Shown: piece after piece, positions 13,627-26,734 of the stretch
How positions within the stretch are numbered: the first letter of the stretch is position 1
Layout of the letters: each line of letters begins with the position of its first letter
Assembly (NCBI RefSeq): GCF_009914755.1
Contig: NC_060926.1
Source: the human T2T-CHM13v2.0 reference genome, Homo sapiens
Strand: one strand, 5' to 3'
DNA length: 64,000 bases
Notes under the pieces: generated by a model
The model's input: the letters and a program-made list of their open reading frames with translations, nothing else
Told to the model about the DNA's origin: nothing
Database searches by the model: none
Made by a program: the position numbers and the translations under genes

Positions 13627-14419
13627 ATGTCTCTGTGCAAACTAGTTGAATGAATGGTAAAAATCACTATCTCCTCTGTAAAGTTTTGATTAATGGAAAA
13701 AGGATTTGTGAGGCTAGTCATAAACTGCAGTGAATTGGGTGTGCTTTGTGTGTCTTTCTGTATTGCTCTGTCAAAAGAGAAGTACATGGGCTTAGGATCC
13801 ATGTACTCAGATAGAACATAGGCTTAGCACCCCATGAGCCCACCATTCAAGACAGCCCAGCAAATTGGTTGTCATGTCCTTGGAAGCTTGACCATGTAAC
13901 CAAGTGGCAGTACTTTCTCTTGGTCTCTGCCGTGACATTGGTGGCCTGGGCTCAGGGTTCAATTCCTGGCTTAGGGAATGAGTCGTTTATCTTCTGTCTC
14001 TCTGTGTATTTTTATGTGTTGTGTGTATGATATAAAAAAGCTTTAATTGGTTTTAAAATAATAAATGCTTAAAGACAATATTTTGTCAGAAAAGTAAAAG
14101 ATGTAATTCCTTTTAGTTCATGTGACTTAAGTAATCTTTGGGAAATAAAAACTGTTCTACATGCAAGCTGTATAAGGACAGTGAAATATGTTTTTGGTAA
14201 AAGATTATAAGAAGTCGTGGGAATGTGGATTTCTTGCCTAAGTTTAGAGGGTTAAAGGATTGCTTTAAGTTAGGAAAAAGCTAAAAGTTTGAGTAAGTTG
14301 GAAAGGGCTTTTGAAGGGTTAATCTCGTAAAAAAAAATTCTATGTGAACATATTCGCTAAAAGTAAATGGGTATTATTCAGTTTTTCTGTAAACTGAACA
14401 TTAAAAGCACAACAAGTTT

Positions 14420-14702
14420 GGCTGTGCACGGTGGCTCATGCCTGTAATCCCAGCACTTTGGGAGGCCGAGGTGGGTGGATCACAAGGTCAGGAGATAGAG
14501 ACCATCCTGGCTAACATGGTGAAACCCCGTCTCTAATAAAAATATAAAAAATTAGCCTGGCGTGGTGGCGGGCGCCTGTGGTCCCAGCTACTCAGGAGGC
14601 TGAGGCAGGAGAATGGCATGAACCCAGGAGGCGGAGCTTGCAGTAAGCCGAGATTGTGCCACTGCCCTCCAGCCTAGGCAACAGAGCGAGACTCCATCTC
14701 AA

Positions 14703-14733
<31 letters not shown>
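14420..14733 (+). mobile_element. AluY-like element inserted in the MER41 internal region; poly(A) grades into (AC)n
   Basis: Y-type ggagaatggcatgaacc and gcggagcttgcag; A19 tail followed by (CA)n. Confidence 0.93.
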
Positions 14734-14734
<1 letters not shown>

Positions 14735-17088
14735 CAGGATTTTCTAAGAGCACTGCTCTGCTCTTTAACAAAAATTGTAAAAGTGTAGAAGGTTTGTGAA
14801 AATCTTATCTTATGGTCATACTGATTAAATTGAACAGATTTGTCTATAAGATTTTATTAAAATTAGGTTTAACATTAATAGTATACTAATGTAAATGTGA
14901 AATTTGGCTTATTTGATATTAAAATCATACAGGAAGCATTGTCAAATGTGAAATGGTGTTTGGCTTTCTTTGGGCTATATTTGTATAAATACATTATTGG
15001 TATGTGTTCTAAAATTATGCAAAACTCCTATAATCCTGATATGACATAGTGTATGTTATTAATAACTATAATTTTTATGCAAAATTTTGTATGCCACAGA
15101 AGTAACCAAATTTTGTTATCAATTGTGGTTTTAATAGTGACTGTCCTAAAAGTTTTTATCATCTACAGACAATTGTTGTCTTGTTTTAATCCTCTTCAAA
15201 ACATGGTTTATAATCAGCTACAAGATTTTGACAGATGCTCTTAAATGCGGGTTTTTGGTGACTTTGGAGATTGTGACGTTAGAATAAGGAAAAAACTTTC
15301 AGAACTCTCATGGAGAGCTGGAATGTTCATGAATATCAAACAGAACAGGAGTAAACTGCATGGACTGAACTAATAGAAGACTAAAGTAATCTTTTTAACT
15401 TTACTTAAAATGTTGCTGATCCTTTGCTTTGTTCTTTTAGAGTCAAGAAAACTTTTCTTTTGAGCTATTTACAGCTTTAATAATTGAGTAAATTAGACTC
15501 CTGTGAACAAAATTTAGAGCATATTTGTTTCTTTCTACCTGATTTCTCCAGAATTTGGAAACTGTTTGTGAGTATTTTTAACTTATGGCAACATAGTTAT
15601 TTGCATAAGTGTAATAAGACTGTTTTCTTTTGCACAATTGGAGAAACTGGTTATTTTACCAAGGCTTTGACTGGAATGGTATGCTTTCCTTTAAAGGATC
15701 AAATTTGACTTCTGAAGCCAATAAAAGCCCCTTTGGAAAACTGGCCTCATACCTTGTCTACACAGTCTCTGTACAGGGTTCCTGTAGTAAAGAATGTCAC
15801 TTTCTGACAGGCCCAGAAGACCCAAGTTTTCTTGGGATCTCAAGAGGAGAGGAATTTTACCCAACTCATAGGTATTTGAGGGTACAAACCCATAGCAGGG
15901 CTCAGCTTTAAAAAGTCTTATCTGAAATTCCTTCTAAGGAACAGAGTTTCATCAAAGCCAGTTTGAAAATAGTTTATGTGAAAAATAATTGTTCTTGCTG
16001 CACTTTGTACAAATAATCAAGCCAAGTGTAAGACTAAGGCTTCCTTTTGCAAACAAAACAGTCTTACCATGACTTGTCTTTAGTGAAAATGGGAAACTGG
16101 AGGGAGGAAAAAATTATGTTTCAAAAACTATGGTACACTCGTTACTAAATTTTAGACTCATCAGTTGTTTTTAAGTTTTTTTTTTCTACAATTTAGACTG
16201 ACTGCTTATTCATGTAAATCAATCAGTGATCACTGACTTCAGCTCAGAAGAAACAAGAGGGATGGGTAATGTAAAAATCTGGATCAATATTCTAATTCTG
16301 GGCACATATTGGACTCAGCTAGCAACCCCATATCAGCTTGGTTTCTAACAATTACCCAGTTCAGGGAAAGCCTTCTTATTACTTGGAATAATTTTATTTA
16401 TTTTGCTTTACTGTTGTGGAGTATATTGCTATTGTATTCTTTGTGTAGCAATGCAGGAGGATCTCACCTCAGTGATCTCTTAAATTGAACACTTATTAAT
16501 CTTCCAGATATCACCTTCTTTTGGAACTCAAGAACTGTGAATGTCACTCACCATACTGATGCTTTCTGACTGAACTCCTCTCTATCCTAATTACAAGAGA
16601 CCCTAATAGTTAGGCAGGAATATCGTCACTCCTATTCATTATGAAGAAGTTACAGAAGATGGATCTTCATTCCTCTGCAACCCTTAGGATTAAGGGTTCT
16701 CTTATAAAAGGGAGGGAGGAAATGTCAGAGCGTTTGAACAAAAGTGACTCCACCTTGAATAGGGGTTAGGTAAAATGAGGCCGAGACCTGCTGGGCTGCA
16801 TTCCCAGACGGTTAGGCCTTCTAAGTCACAGGACAAGACAGGAGGTCGGCACAAGACAGAATTCTTAAATACCTTGCTGATAAAACAGCTTGCAGGAAAG
16901 AAGCCACCAAAGCCCACCAAAACCAAGATGGTGACAAGAGTAACTTCTGGTCGTCCTCAGTGCTATACTCCCATCAGCACCATGGCAGTTTACAAATGCC
17001 ATGTCAATGTCAGGAAGTAACCCTATATGGTTCAAAAAGGGAAGGCATGAATAATCCACCCCTTGTTTAGCATACAATCAAGAAATAC

Positions 17089-17183
17089 CATAAAAATGGG
17101 CATCCAGCAGCCCTTGGGGCTGCTCTGCCTATGGAGTAGCCATTCTTTATTCCTATACTTTCTTAATAAACTTGCTTTCACTT
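17089..17183 (+). promoter_or_regulatory. MER41 LTR TATA-like box (cataaaaa, 17089-17096), inferred transcription start ~17119 and polyA signal AATAAA (17165-17170)
   Basis: The element's 5' end (12056) corresponds to position 17119 of the right LTR, ~25-30 nt downstream of cataaaaa; poly(A) is added 13 nt after AATAAA. Confidence 0.7.
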
Positions 17184-17277
17184 AAAAAAAAATGATAATG
17201 TCTGTTATAGGTTTCTAGCTCTGAAGACCAGGTAAAGTCTTTCTTTAGATCCTTGGGAGCCCCTGGAGGGCAGTTTG

Positions 17278-17680
17278 TTGTAGGCAAAGTTATGCACTAC
17301 CCAGATCCCCTCTTTAGAAATAAAGAACTTATTCTACCAGCTACTGGGCAGCCCCAACTGTCAGTCCTTTGCAGAAGAAGGCTGCCTTGCTCAAGGTCAT
17401 GTCCTTTCCAAGGTCAGCCTGCATTCAATGACTGATCAACACAAAGGTAGAAAGGTCTCATCCCCTGGCTACACTTGGAACAACTCTAAAGGGCCATTTG
17501 TCTTCAGGGCTCCTGGTCACTAAGGACTTCCCTATGCCTGCATCGTAGCTCAGTGTCTCCTTCTGCCCAATCCTACTTCTTCCCCTCCCACCACAGGTGT
17601 TGGTCCCAAGAGCACTCTGTATTAAAGATCCTGCTTGCTGATCTCCATCTCAGAGACTGTTTTCTGGGAAATCTGCAACT
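17278..17680 (+). mobile_element. LTR16-like ERVL solo LTR
   Basis: tgtaggcaaag...cccagatcccctcttt...gtgttggtcccaagagcactc...attaaa...ctccatctcagagactgttttctgggaa. Confidence 0.7.
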
Positions 17681-17866
17681 CAGGGTTTCTGATCTAAACT
17701 TGATGTTTCTGACCTGAGTCCCTTCAGACTTTTAATGCCAAACTACCCAGACAGATGGCCAGTTTTTCAGGCCATACACACAGTAATTTGGAGCATCTCA
17801 AACAAGTGGAGGATTCCTGAAACAACTGAAAAGTCTAATCTGCTAAGAAGATTCTCCCCACACCCT

Positions 17867-17886
17867 AATAATAATAATAATAATAA
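17867..17886. repeat. (AAT)n microsatellite
   Basis: taataataataataataata. Confidence 0.85.
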
Positions 17887-18042
17887 TTTATTACTCACTT
17901 TTGGCTTCCTGAGGAGGAGCAAAATGTGAGAACTCATTTAAGCGTAGATATTGGCCAGAAGCATATCTGTGTTTCTGCTGTTGCCCTGAGAAGTGGATCA
18001 ACAGAAAGGTCATTGCTAGTATGGTATGTCATGACAGCACTC

Positions 18043-18180
18043 TGGTCCTTGCTACTCAAAGCAGGGTCTGTGGACCGGCAGCATGGACATCACCTGAAAG
18101 TTTGTTAGAAATGCAGAATCCAGGTCACATCCTTAGACCCATTGAATGAAAATCTGCATTTGAACAAGCGATTCACATAT
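18043..18180. mobile_element. MER5-type hAT-Charlie MITE
   Basis: ctactcaaagcagggtctgtggaccggcagc...tgttagaaatgcagaatcccagg...aatctgcatttgaacaag. Confidence 0.75.
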
Positions 18181-19017
18181 GCTACTTTCCTACCTTCCCT
18201 CCTCCAGCTAAGCCAAAAAGATTCCCTCCACTTAGTTACCACAGGCCCTGAATTTTTACTATTACTGTTATTACTCTTGGGTTTGGATACTTTAAAAAGA
18301 TTACAAATGTTTTCAAGACTAACGTATGCATTCACTAACACTTTATTTCAATTAGTTTATCCAGGTAACCCAGGCTTCTTGAGTACTAGCTCTGTGCAAG
18401 GCTCTATGCTTTGTCAGACTTTTCTACTCTTCAGGAGCATCAAAAGGCAGTTGACCACCTAATGGAGAAGGAAGGCTAGACAAGAGGTCCTAGGGTAGAA
18501 ATGTGCTATGGGAGGCTCCAAAGTCAAACTTCACAACTTCCCTCAAGGACAGAAAAGTGTTTGATGCTTCTCATTGGTGAAATCTGCAGCATGAACTCCT
18601 AACCACAAGCACCTTTTGGCTCATGGGGGCATTCAGCTTTCTGCTTGTTTGATCATTAAGTTGAAAAAGGCAGATCATGGGCCAAGTTCTCACTGACATC
18701 TGATTTCAGGGAGGGCACGAATGGTATCTGGCATGGGAAACAGGCAAAATGACTTCAGTTTAACTATGGAAGGTATAGTGAACATTCAGTCAGAAGCAGG
18801 CAGAACAGTCCTGCTGCCGCCAACTGTTTATCGGGAATGGTGGCCGTTGGACTGATGCTACTGCCTTCCCCAACAGCAGTGACTCAGAGGCATGTGATGC
18901 ACTGAGGCCAGGGCGATGGCATTGAGCACTTGCTAGAGGAAGGCAGGTGATGGAGGGTTCTGAGGGGCAATCTCTAGGACCTTTAGCAGTGGTCAGTGAG
19001 AAAATAGCCAGTCCCAG

Positions 19018-19587
19018 AGTTACAGGAAAGGGGTCCCGATCCAGACCCCAAGAGAGGGTTCTTAGATCTCATGCAAGAAAGAATTCAGGATGAGTCTGCA
19101 CTGCAAAGCAAAAGCAAGTTTATTAAGAAATTAAAGGAATAAAAAGATTGCTATTCTATAGGCAGAGCAGCCTCGCGGGCTGCTTGTTGCCGATTTGTAT
19201 GGTTATTTCTTGATTATATGCTAAACAAGGGTGGATTATTCATGTCTCCCCTTTGTAGACTATATAGGGTAAATTACTGACGTTACCATGGCATTTGTAA
19301 ACTGTCATGGCACTGCTGGGAGATAGCAGTGAGTAGAGCAGTTGAGTGTCCTCAATCAGAAGTCACTCTCATGGCCATTTTTGGTTTCTGTGGGTTTTAG
19401 CTGGCTTCTTTACTGCAAGCTGTTTTATCAGCAAGGTCTTTATGACCTGTATCTTGTGCTGACTGCCCATCTCATCCTGTGACCTAGAATGCCTTAACCA
19501 TCTGGGAATGCAGCCCAGTAGGTGTCAGCCTCATTTTGCCCAGCTCCTATTCAAGATGGAGCTGCTCTGGTTCACACGCCTCTGACA
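19018..19587 (-). mobile_element. MER41A solo LTR (complete, ~570 bp)
   Basis: gttacaggaaaggggtcccgatccagacccc ... cacgcctctgaca; 4-bp TSD-like ccag / cctg; same family as 16723-17183, opposite strand. Confidence 0.92.
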
Positions 19588-20059
19588 CCTGGCCCCAGAA
19601 ATCTCCTGCCTACTGAAGGGCCTTTAGGACATATGCCACTGTGAAAAAACATTGCATTTATGGGGCCCCTCACTACTTGAAATCCTGTGTCTTATGGGTC
19701 TTGCTACTTGGATCCTGAGGGTCTTGACCTCTGGATCCTTCTACCTCCCAAATTCATGGCAATACCAACTCTGAGAGTAATTCACTTTGTCTTAGTTTCC
19801 TTATCCGTAAAATGGGCATAACTAACTTCACCCTGATGTAAGGTTCTCAAAATGTAAAATATTAGAAAGAAATTTTAAAATTTTGATGTAAGGTCCTATT
19901 TTTCCATTAGTAGCCAGGAAGTTAGCAGGAAGGGCAGCTGGGAATGAGGGTGATTGTTGGTAAGCTAGGAAGTGTAACCCTGATCCCTAATAGAGAGAGC
20001 CCAAGCACTGTGGCACCTGAAGAGTATTAGAGATAAGGCAGGGGCCCAGGCACCTTCTA

Positions 20060-20375
20060 TTAATATATTACTGTTCCACTTTTCACAGTGTGTTACCCTT
20101 GTGGGCATGTCCTAAGATGGCGTCTACCACATGCAGCCAATGGGAGGTAGAAGGGAAGGACATGCTCCTTCTTTTTAAGGGCACAGTCTATAAATCGTGT
20201 TAATTGATTCCACTCATATCCTACTTACACACATGTACATCTTTACCTGTAAGAGAGGATGGGAAATGTAGTCTTTTTTTCTAAGTGGCCATGAGCCCAT
20301 CAAAAACCAGAAGTTCTACATCTTTGAGAAAGAAAGGTAAAAGTGATTTTGGAGGACAGTTAGCAGACACTGCCA
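20060..20375 (-). mobile_element. MLT1-like LTR fragment
   Basis: ctaagatggcg...gtaagagaggatgggaaatgtagtc...ggacagttagcagacactgccata. Confidence 0.5.
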
Positions 20376-21879
20376 TACCCAGTCCAATTCAAAATAATGA
20401 GACCATGTGAGAAACAACCAAAGAGAGAACAAAAGTACACCTTTTTCTCATTCCTCTCTTTCAATAGCTCCTAATGAGTATGTAAGCCTGGATGACAGGA
20501 CTCTTTCAGAGTCCAAATAAATTTCTTTGCATAATTCATTCCATTCTGTATTTAGAATGACAGAAAAAGTTTTCTCCTCTAGCATAATCAAAACATCAAA
20601 GTAAGATTATTTCTAAATGGTAAGAGTTAAAAATTCCTTGGGTGACAGGACAAGATGCTCTTGGAACTGAATTGGTAAAAGAGGCTGTAAATGAGGGTGT
20701 TTGAGAATTGGAAAGTAACTGCTACCTCTTCCTCTTTTAATTGTTCTCAGAAGGAGAAAAATGGAAGTTAGTGTTCCTCCAAGATCATACTTAAGCCAAC
20801 AGACACCATTATTGAGTCACAAAACTCTAAAGTTTGAGTATGGTTTGTGCTCTATAGAAAAGTTAGCAATCCTGGTAAGACATTCTAGGGAGTGGCAATT
20901 TGGGGACTCTGACACTTGCCCACCAGCAAAGGCAGCAGGATTAACACAGAGGTTCTAAAGAAGATATTGACAGTTAGCTTTGAGACAGATGTCACTTACG
21001 TTGCTGTGCACAACAGGGAGAATGATACAAAACAACATAATTAATAACCAGTGGGGTCCGAATCACTAGGGGCCCTTACACACACTTTATAAAGATGAAC
21101 AAAAGCTTCCGCTGTAAGTAATGCAGCTTTAGCTGTGAACATTGCTTGGCATGTCCTTAGCTGTGGCAACACATTGCTTTATTGTTGTTGGAGATTTTGC
21201 TGGGGAGATGAAGCAGGGGGAGAAACAAAAGAGATACAGAATGAGGCAGATGAATATTAGAGTTTTCATGTTTGGCTCACAAAGACAGTGCATATGGGTC
21301 AAGCATGGAAGTATGCAAAGCAAGGATAAAGCCCCTGGGTTATTGGCAGGGAGGGAGAGAAGATGGCAATTATTGAAGCTATTTCATCCTCTCTGGCTAT
21401 CTTTTAGGGCACCATTATGAATACTAAATGAATTTCTATAAGACACCCATAGTTTTTCCTCTTCTCATCTGTTTGTATTTTATAAGTCAGGGAACTCACC
21501 AAGAATAAATATTATACTAAGGTAAAAGACAATTATTGTGGAAACAACAAAGAACCACCATAGGTCATTTGATGAATTTCCAGGTAAATGTTATACATGT
21601 TTGAGCATTTAATCATACCTTGTATTGTATTTTTCACCACTGAGCAACATGTTGCCCTAAGAGTCAGTCTTGTTTATGTGACTATTTTGGATTTAGTCTT
21701 AGCCCTTTCTATTGTTTTAAGGCACATAGAAATTTAATGTAAATAGAAAGACTCTTGGAAGATAGAGGGTGGGGTGCTGCCACTGTAGCTTCCCAGGGAG
21801 GAGACAGGCTGATCAAATACATGCAAACTTTTCCAAGGGCCCCCTATCTCTCTCTACCCCTTCCCTCCTCCCATATTTA

Positions 21880-22320
21880 AAGGGCACTGATATGTGCACA
21901 CCTTGGGGAGACAGAGTTGAATAAGCTGTTGTCCATGTCCTCAGCATATTCAGTCAAATGGAGAAGAGAGACCTAGAAACAAACATTACAATACACTGAA
22001 CAACGGGCAGAAGGAACCATGTGTAGAGTGTTCTCAAAGCACAGAGGATGGAGAGGATGGCTAAACTACCTGTCTTTGGGAGTGACATTTGGGCAGAATT
22101 TTAAAGTAAAAGTGAGAATTTTATGGGTAACTAAAGAGTGAGAGGTCTCTTCTGGGAAAAAGGAAAAGCAAGTAAAAAGGTCTAAAGGCTTGAAATAGTA
22201 AGATGTATAAGGGGAATGTCACCCAAGCCATTGCAGATCGAGGCAGGACATGGATGGAAGTTGAAAACGAGGCTGGCAAGGAACCTTGATACTCTGCTAA
22301 GCAGTCTGGGTAATTTGTTT
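21880..22320 (-). mobile_element. L2 LINE fragment
   Basis: Purine-rich L2-like segment: ggggagacagagttgaataag...gagtgacatttgggcagaattttaaag...gaaccttgatactctgctaag. Confidence 0.55.
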
Positions 22321-22334
22321 TTAGACTTATGGGT

Positions 22335-23010
22335 GTTAGGATTGTGGTGGAGGGAGGCGGTCGGGCTGACTGAGTCCCTGAGCAGTGGCAGGTGGGCACT
22401 GCTGCTCATTTCCCAGCTCAACCCACTAGGATCCTAGCAAGCCAAAGACAGGGCCCACTGATGACAAAACAGGAGTTCTAGAAAAGAATTCCAAGCCGAG
22501 TACTGGTAGGTGGCCACTGGTCTGGTGACGCAGAAAACAGTTGCTGTGCACATCAGTCAGGGGCCCACAGGAGGTCGAATCTGCGCCAGATAGTCAAGGC
22601 GAAGAGACTTATATGAAGGACTCCCTCAGAGCTGTGGACAGGCAAGGGATATGGAGGCTCTCAGAAACTGGCCACAGCAGGAACTACTCCTTGGGCTTAA
22701 GAGGCAAGAGTAGGACATCATTAGCAGAGTGAAGTGAGGAGCTGCCCAGAGGAGCTGTAGTCACGGAGGGACAGAATTAGCGCCACAGACATGACCCAAA
22801 GCAGGAAGGAAGTCGGGGAGAAAAACACCACCTCTTTCTTCCCCAGGCCTTTGATCCCCTACTGGTGCCTCCATTGGTCAAAACCAACCAGAGCCAGCTG
22901 ATAAGAAAGTCCAAGTGATACAGTTCATGGGCCCTCAGTCCAGGGCCTAGAGAAGGGTAAGGAAGGATGAAGAATGAAGCTGAGTTGGGAGTGGAGGCAA
23001 ACAGAGGATA
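22335..23010 (-). mobile_element. Old ERVL-type LTR (LTR33/LTR41-like; family uncertain)
   Basis: ctactggtgcctccattggtcaaaaccaaccagagccagctga...gtggaggcaaacagaggata. Confidence 0.45.
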
Positions 23011-23186
23011 GATGATTCACTGCTTATCTGCTCTCTTCCCCCAAAGACCCTCAGGGATGGGAAATTGACTCCAGTGGTCATCTTGGCCCTTTTATTTTTT
23101 TGTCAATTAATCCCATACAATATCTGTTTTAAATCTTTTTGTTTGCACGCCCCTGTGAGAATCTGATGAAAACAATGGGCCCTTTC

Positions 23187-23188
<2 letters not shown>

Positions 23189-23223
<35 letters not shown>
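23189..23223. repeat. (CA)n microsatellite, ~17 units
   Basis: Pure ac repeat. Confidence 0.95.
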
Positions 23224-23226
<3 letters not shown>

Positions 23227-23279
23227 CAAAACACATATGGATGAAATTTGCATTCAATTTTTATATCCTCTAGAACCTT

Positions 23280-23440
23280 GAGACTCAGAGTGGTCCATGG
23301 ACCAGCAGAATCGGCCTCACTGGGGATTTTAGAAATGCAGGCTCTCAGGCCCCACCCAAGTTCTACTGGATAAGAATCTGCATTTTCATAAACTCCCAGG
23401 TGATTTTTACGCACCTGAAAGTTTGAGAAGCACTGCTCTA
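23280..23440. mobile_element. MER5A
   Basis: gtggtccatggaccagcag...agaaatgcaggctctcaggccccaccc...gaaagtttgagaagcactg. Confidence 0.85.
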
Positions 23441-23489
23441 GGAGTCATTGGAACCCAGCTTGATCATGGCTGGTTGAATGAATGTAGTT

Positions 23490-24010
23490 ATGTCAGTTTA
23501 GGATGTAGGTTTAGCTACAAATAGAAGAAAACCCAGCCAAACAACTGCTTCTGCAAAATAGAGGTTTTGTTTTTCTCATGTAACTGGGAATCCAAAGAGA
23601 AAGCCAGTTCAGGGCTGTTGTCCTGATTGCCCCACTCCCTAACTGAATTTCCACTCAGCCATTTTTTAATCTGTGGCTTTTGTCTTCAGCATTGCCAGAT
23701 GGGCTCTAGAACTCCAGGCAGCATCTTTGCAGCCTAGGCAAAGGGCAAAGGATGAAAAGAAAAAAACCACTGAGCCCTTGCAAATATCCTTTCCAGAGCT
23801 GCCGGCTAGAAACTCCCGCTGGCCATGATTTCAGATAGCTGCCTCTGGCTGCAAGTGAGGCTGCGAGATGGAGTTTTTTGGTTTTTTGTTGTTGCTTTAT
23901 TGCTTTTTTTGTTGTTATTTGTTTGTTTAACTACCAAACAAAATAGGATTTATGTGGGCAAGAAAAAAGAGGGAAATTGATAGTGAGGAGGCAGTTATCT
24001 CAATCTGTTA
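23490..24010 (-). mobile_element. MLT1-like solo LTR
   Basis: gtcagtttaggatgtaggtttagctac...ggctgcaagtgaggctgcgagatggag...caatctgttatca. Confidence 0.55.
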
Positions 24011-25471
24011 TCATATAACATAATGAAAATTATTAGTTCTGAAAATCTCATTCCATCTTGCGTTGCTGATGAAAACCTATTATGTGCATTCTGTACTTTG
24101 GAATCTCCTTTAGTAAAATAAAGGAAATTCAAAACTTCTTAATGGGGACAACATAGAATATAGAAAGAGAGAAGTGGGAGATAAAATTAAAAACAGATCA
24201 ATTTGGGCTTCAGTTGTTCATAATTGGTAGTAGTTTCTCTGGTATTAGAACTGAAATAGACTTTTTTCCTGTAAAGAATAACTGCCTAAGTAAAATAGAA
24301 ATATAGCTAAGAAGACAATTAAAGGATACTTTATATTTTTTAAAGAAATTGTGCCCAAGTTTCATTTGTGTGGGCTTTTTCACTTCTTATTGCAGGTACT
24401 CTCAGAATTCTTGTAGCCCATTCAGAGTAGTATATACTATCTGAAAGGAATAAAACTCTGACTTTTAAAAATATTCTGCATTTCACAATTTTTTACTTCA
24501 GACAGAATCTCTCCAATTAATCTAAATTAGTGATTTTTACTGGATTCAAGTAGCCAACTTCTCCATGATCTTTGAACTGGTATGGTTCAAAGATATGGTA
24601 TGGTCTGTATGGTATTACACAGTATTGTCGTAAATATCACCCAGATAGAGAGAGCTGGATTCTAAGGAAATGTTAGACTTAGATTAATGTTCTGGATTCT
24701 GGAAAAAAAATTGCCCTCAAAATACTTTCAGTGTTTTATGGGTCTCCATGCAAGGACATTTGAAAGTGGTTAGAGTTTTGTTTGAAAGGTTTTTCTTCTC
24801 TGAAGAGTCAAAGGTCCCAGCTAGACCCTAAAGGAATCTTGAGCATGAGAGTCAGGCTCAGCTGAAAAAAGCTTTTGGAACAAGACTCTGCATCCAGGAC
24901 TCAAAAACAGGCTTCTGATCATCAGCTCTTGGAGCTAAAAGGACTCACCACTACAATATCACAAGACTTTGGGCAACAGGTGTGTTCTAAGATATGTGTG
25001 TATTTTTGTCAGTCTGTGGTTTATTTTGCCATCTTCTCAGACTAAGAATATAGAGAAGCACTTAATTGGGTGACTCCACTATGGTTAGTAGTTTCATTCA
25101 TTCAGTCAGTGTTCATTCAACACCAGCTATGTCGCCGTCTGTCTGCTTGAGCCTGGCAGGAGGATGAGAAGATGTGCAGACAGCTAAGGGGCGTGCATAG
25201 TCCCTGCCTTCAAGTGATGTACATGTACGGAACTGGTCATGCATAACTGGTATAACTAAACGCTAAATATTTTGCAGATGTGTAAAGATTTTCCATTCTC
25301 CCTAGAAACCCTGGTCTAATGCTGAACACATAAAATAAAAACCTATGAGATTTTGATTCAGCTTTCTAGTTTATAGATATGTTGGAAAAAGGAGATAGAG
25401 GAGATAGCCAATATTGAACCCCTATTAGTAACTATTAGTAACTGCTGGTTTTAAAGAATCTGTACTAAATA

Positions 25472-26172
25472 GAGTCATCCCTCAGCATCTGTGAGGGATT
25501 GGTTCCAGAACCTCCTTTGTATATCAAAATTCAAGGACCTTCAACTTCCTGATATAAAATGACATAGTATTTGCATACAACCTATGCATATTTTCTGTAT
25601 ACAGTCACACATGACATAATGACATTTCAGTCAATGACAAATTACATATACAATGGTGATCCCATAAAATCATAATACTATTTTTATTGTACGTTTTCTA
25701 TGTTTAGGTATGTTTAGATACACAAATACTTACCATTGTGTTAGAGTTGCCTTCATTATTCAGTACAATAACATGCTGTATGGGTTTATAACCTAGAAGC
25801 AATAGGCTGTATGGTACAGCCGAGGTGTGTAGTAGGCTATACTATCTAGGTTTGTGTAAATACACTCTATGATGTTTGCACAATGAGGAAATTGCCTAAG
25901 GACTCATTTCTCAGAACATATCCCTTTCAGTAAGCCATGCATGATTGTACTTTAAATCATCTCTAGATTACTTGAAATATACGTAGTAATACTATGTAAA
26001 TAGTATTTACATATTGCTATGTAAATAGTTGTAATACTGTATTATTTAGGAAATAATAACAAGAAAAAAATCTGTAAATGTTCAGTGCAGACACAATTTG
26101 TTTTTCAACTTCTTTCAGTCCTTGTTGGTTGAATCCATGGATGTGAAACCCATAGATATGGAGGGCTGACTG
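25472..26172. mobile_element. MER2 (Tigger MITE) split by a nested Tigger3a/MER7A
   Basis: agtcatccctcagcatctgtgagggattggttccag...gtata [insert] tactttaaatcatctctagattac...atggagggctgactg TA. Confidence 0.85.
25602..25947. mobile_element. Tigger3a/MER7A nested in MER2
   Basis: TA-cagtcacacatgacataatgac ... taagccatgcatgattg-TA; 346 bp with TA duplication. Confidence 0.85.
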
Positions 26173-26313
26173 TATTTACCAGGATATCTTTTCAAATCTA
26201 AATAAATTCATCAAGTTTGTGCAGTCTGTGTAAGTCTGCAATATTAATGGTTGGTTCAACTGTTTTTGGACAGCTGGATTACAACTTTTGAGAACTGTAC
26301 TACTCATTCTTAT

Positions 26314-26734
26314 TGTACCCAACTAAAACAGAGTTGCAAGGCCAGGAAGGAAAGCACTCAGGACTTATACTATTGCTCCAACAATGTACTTCTCTGCAAG
26401 TCTGACTGCTGAAACTGCTTGCTGTAACCTGAAACCAGTTTTATCTCAGGGCTACTGAAACTACCTGCTGCAATCTAAGACTAGTTTTGCTGACCACTAC
26501 CGTTCACCAATAAGAGCTTGCCAGCTCCCTGAAATCTTGCTAGTGTCAGTGAACTTTCCTGAAGACAAATACATAATATTTCTCCTTTTTATTAAACCTC
26601 TAACCTTCTCTTTGTTCTTCAGACCTACCAAAGACTTCCCAGTCTGCATGTGTGCTCCAAATTGCAATTCTTTCTTCCCAAGTAAAACATGTTAATTTCA
26701 GAGATTTGTTTCTATACATTATTTGACTTGAGCA
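26314..26734 (+). mobile_element. ERV1 solo LTR (LTR37-like)
   Basis: TG...CA termini, ~420 bp; gaaagcactcagg...ctgctgaaactgcttgctgtaacctgaaaccagttttatct. Confidence 0.65.

Noticed and set aside
18700-19760. Possible older LTR element flanking the MER41A solo LTR; AP-1 motif tgactca near 18880
   Set aside because: Family not recognisable by eye; a single motif is uninformative
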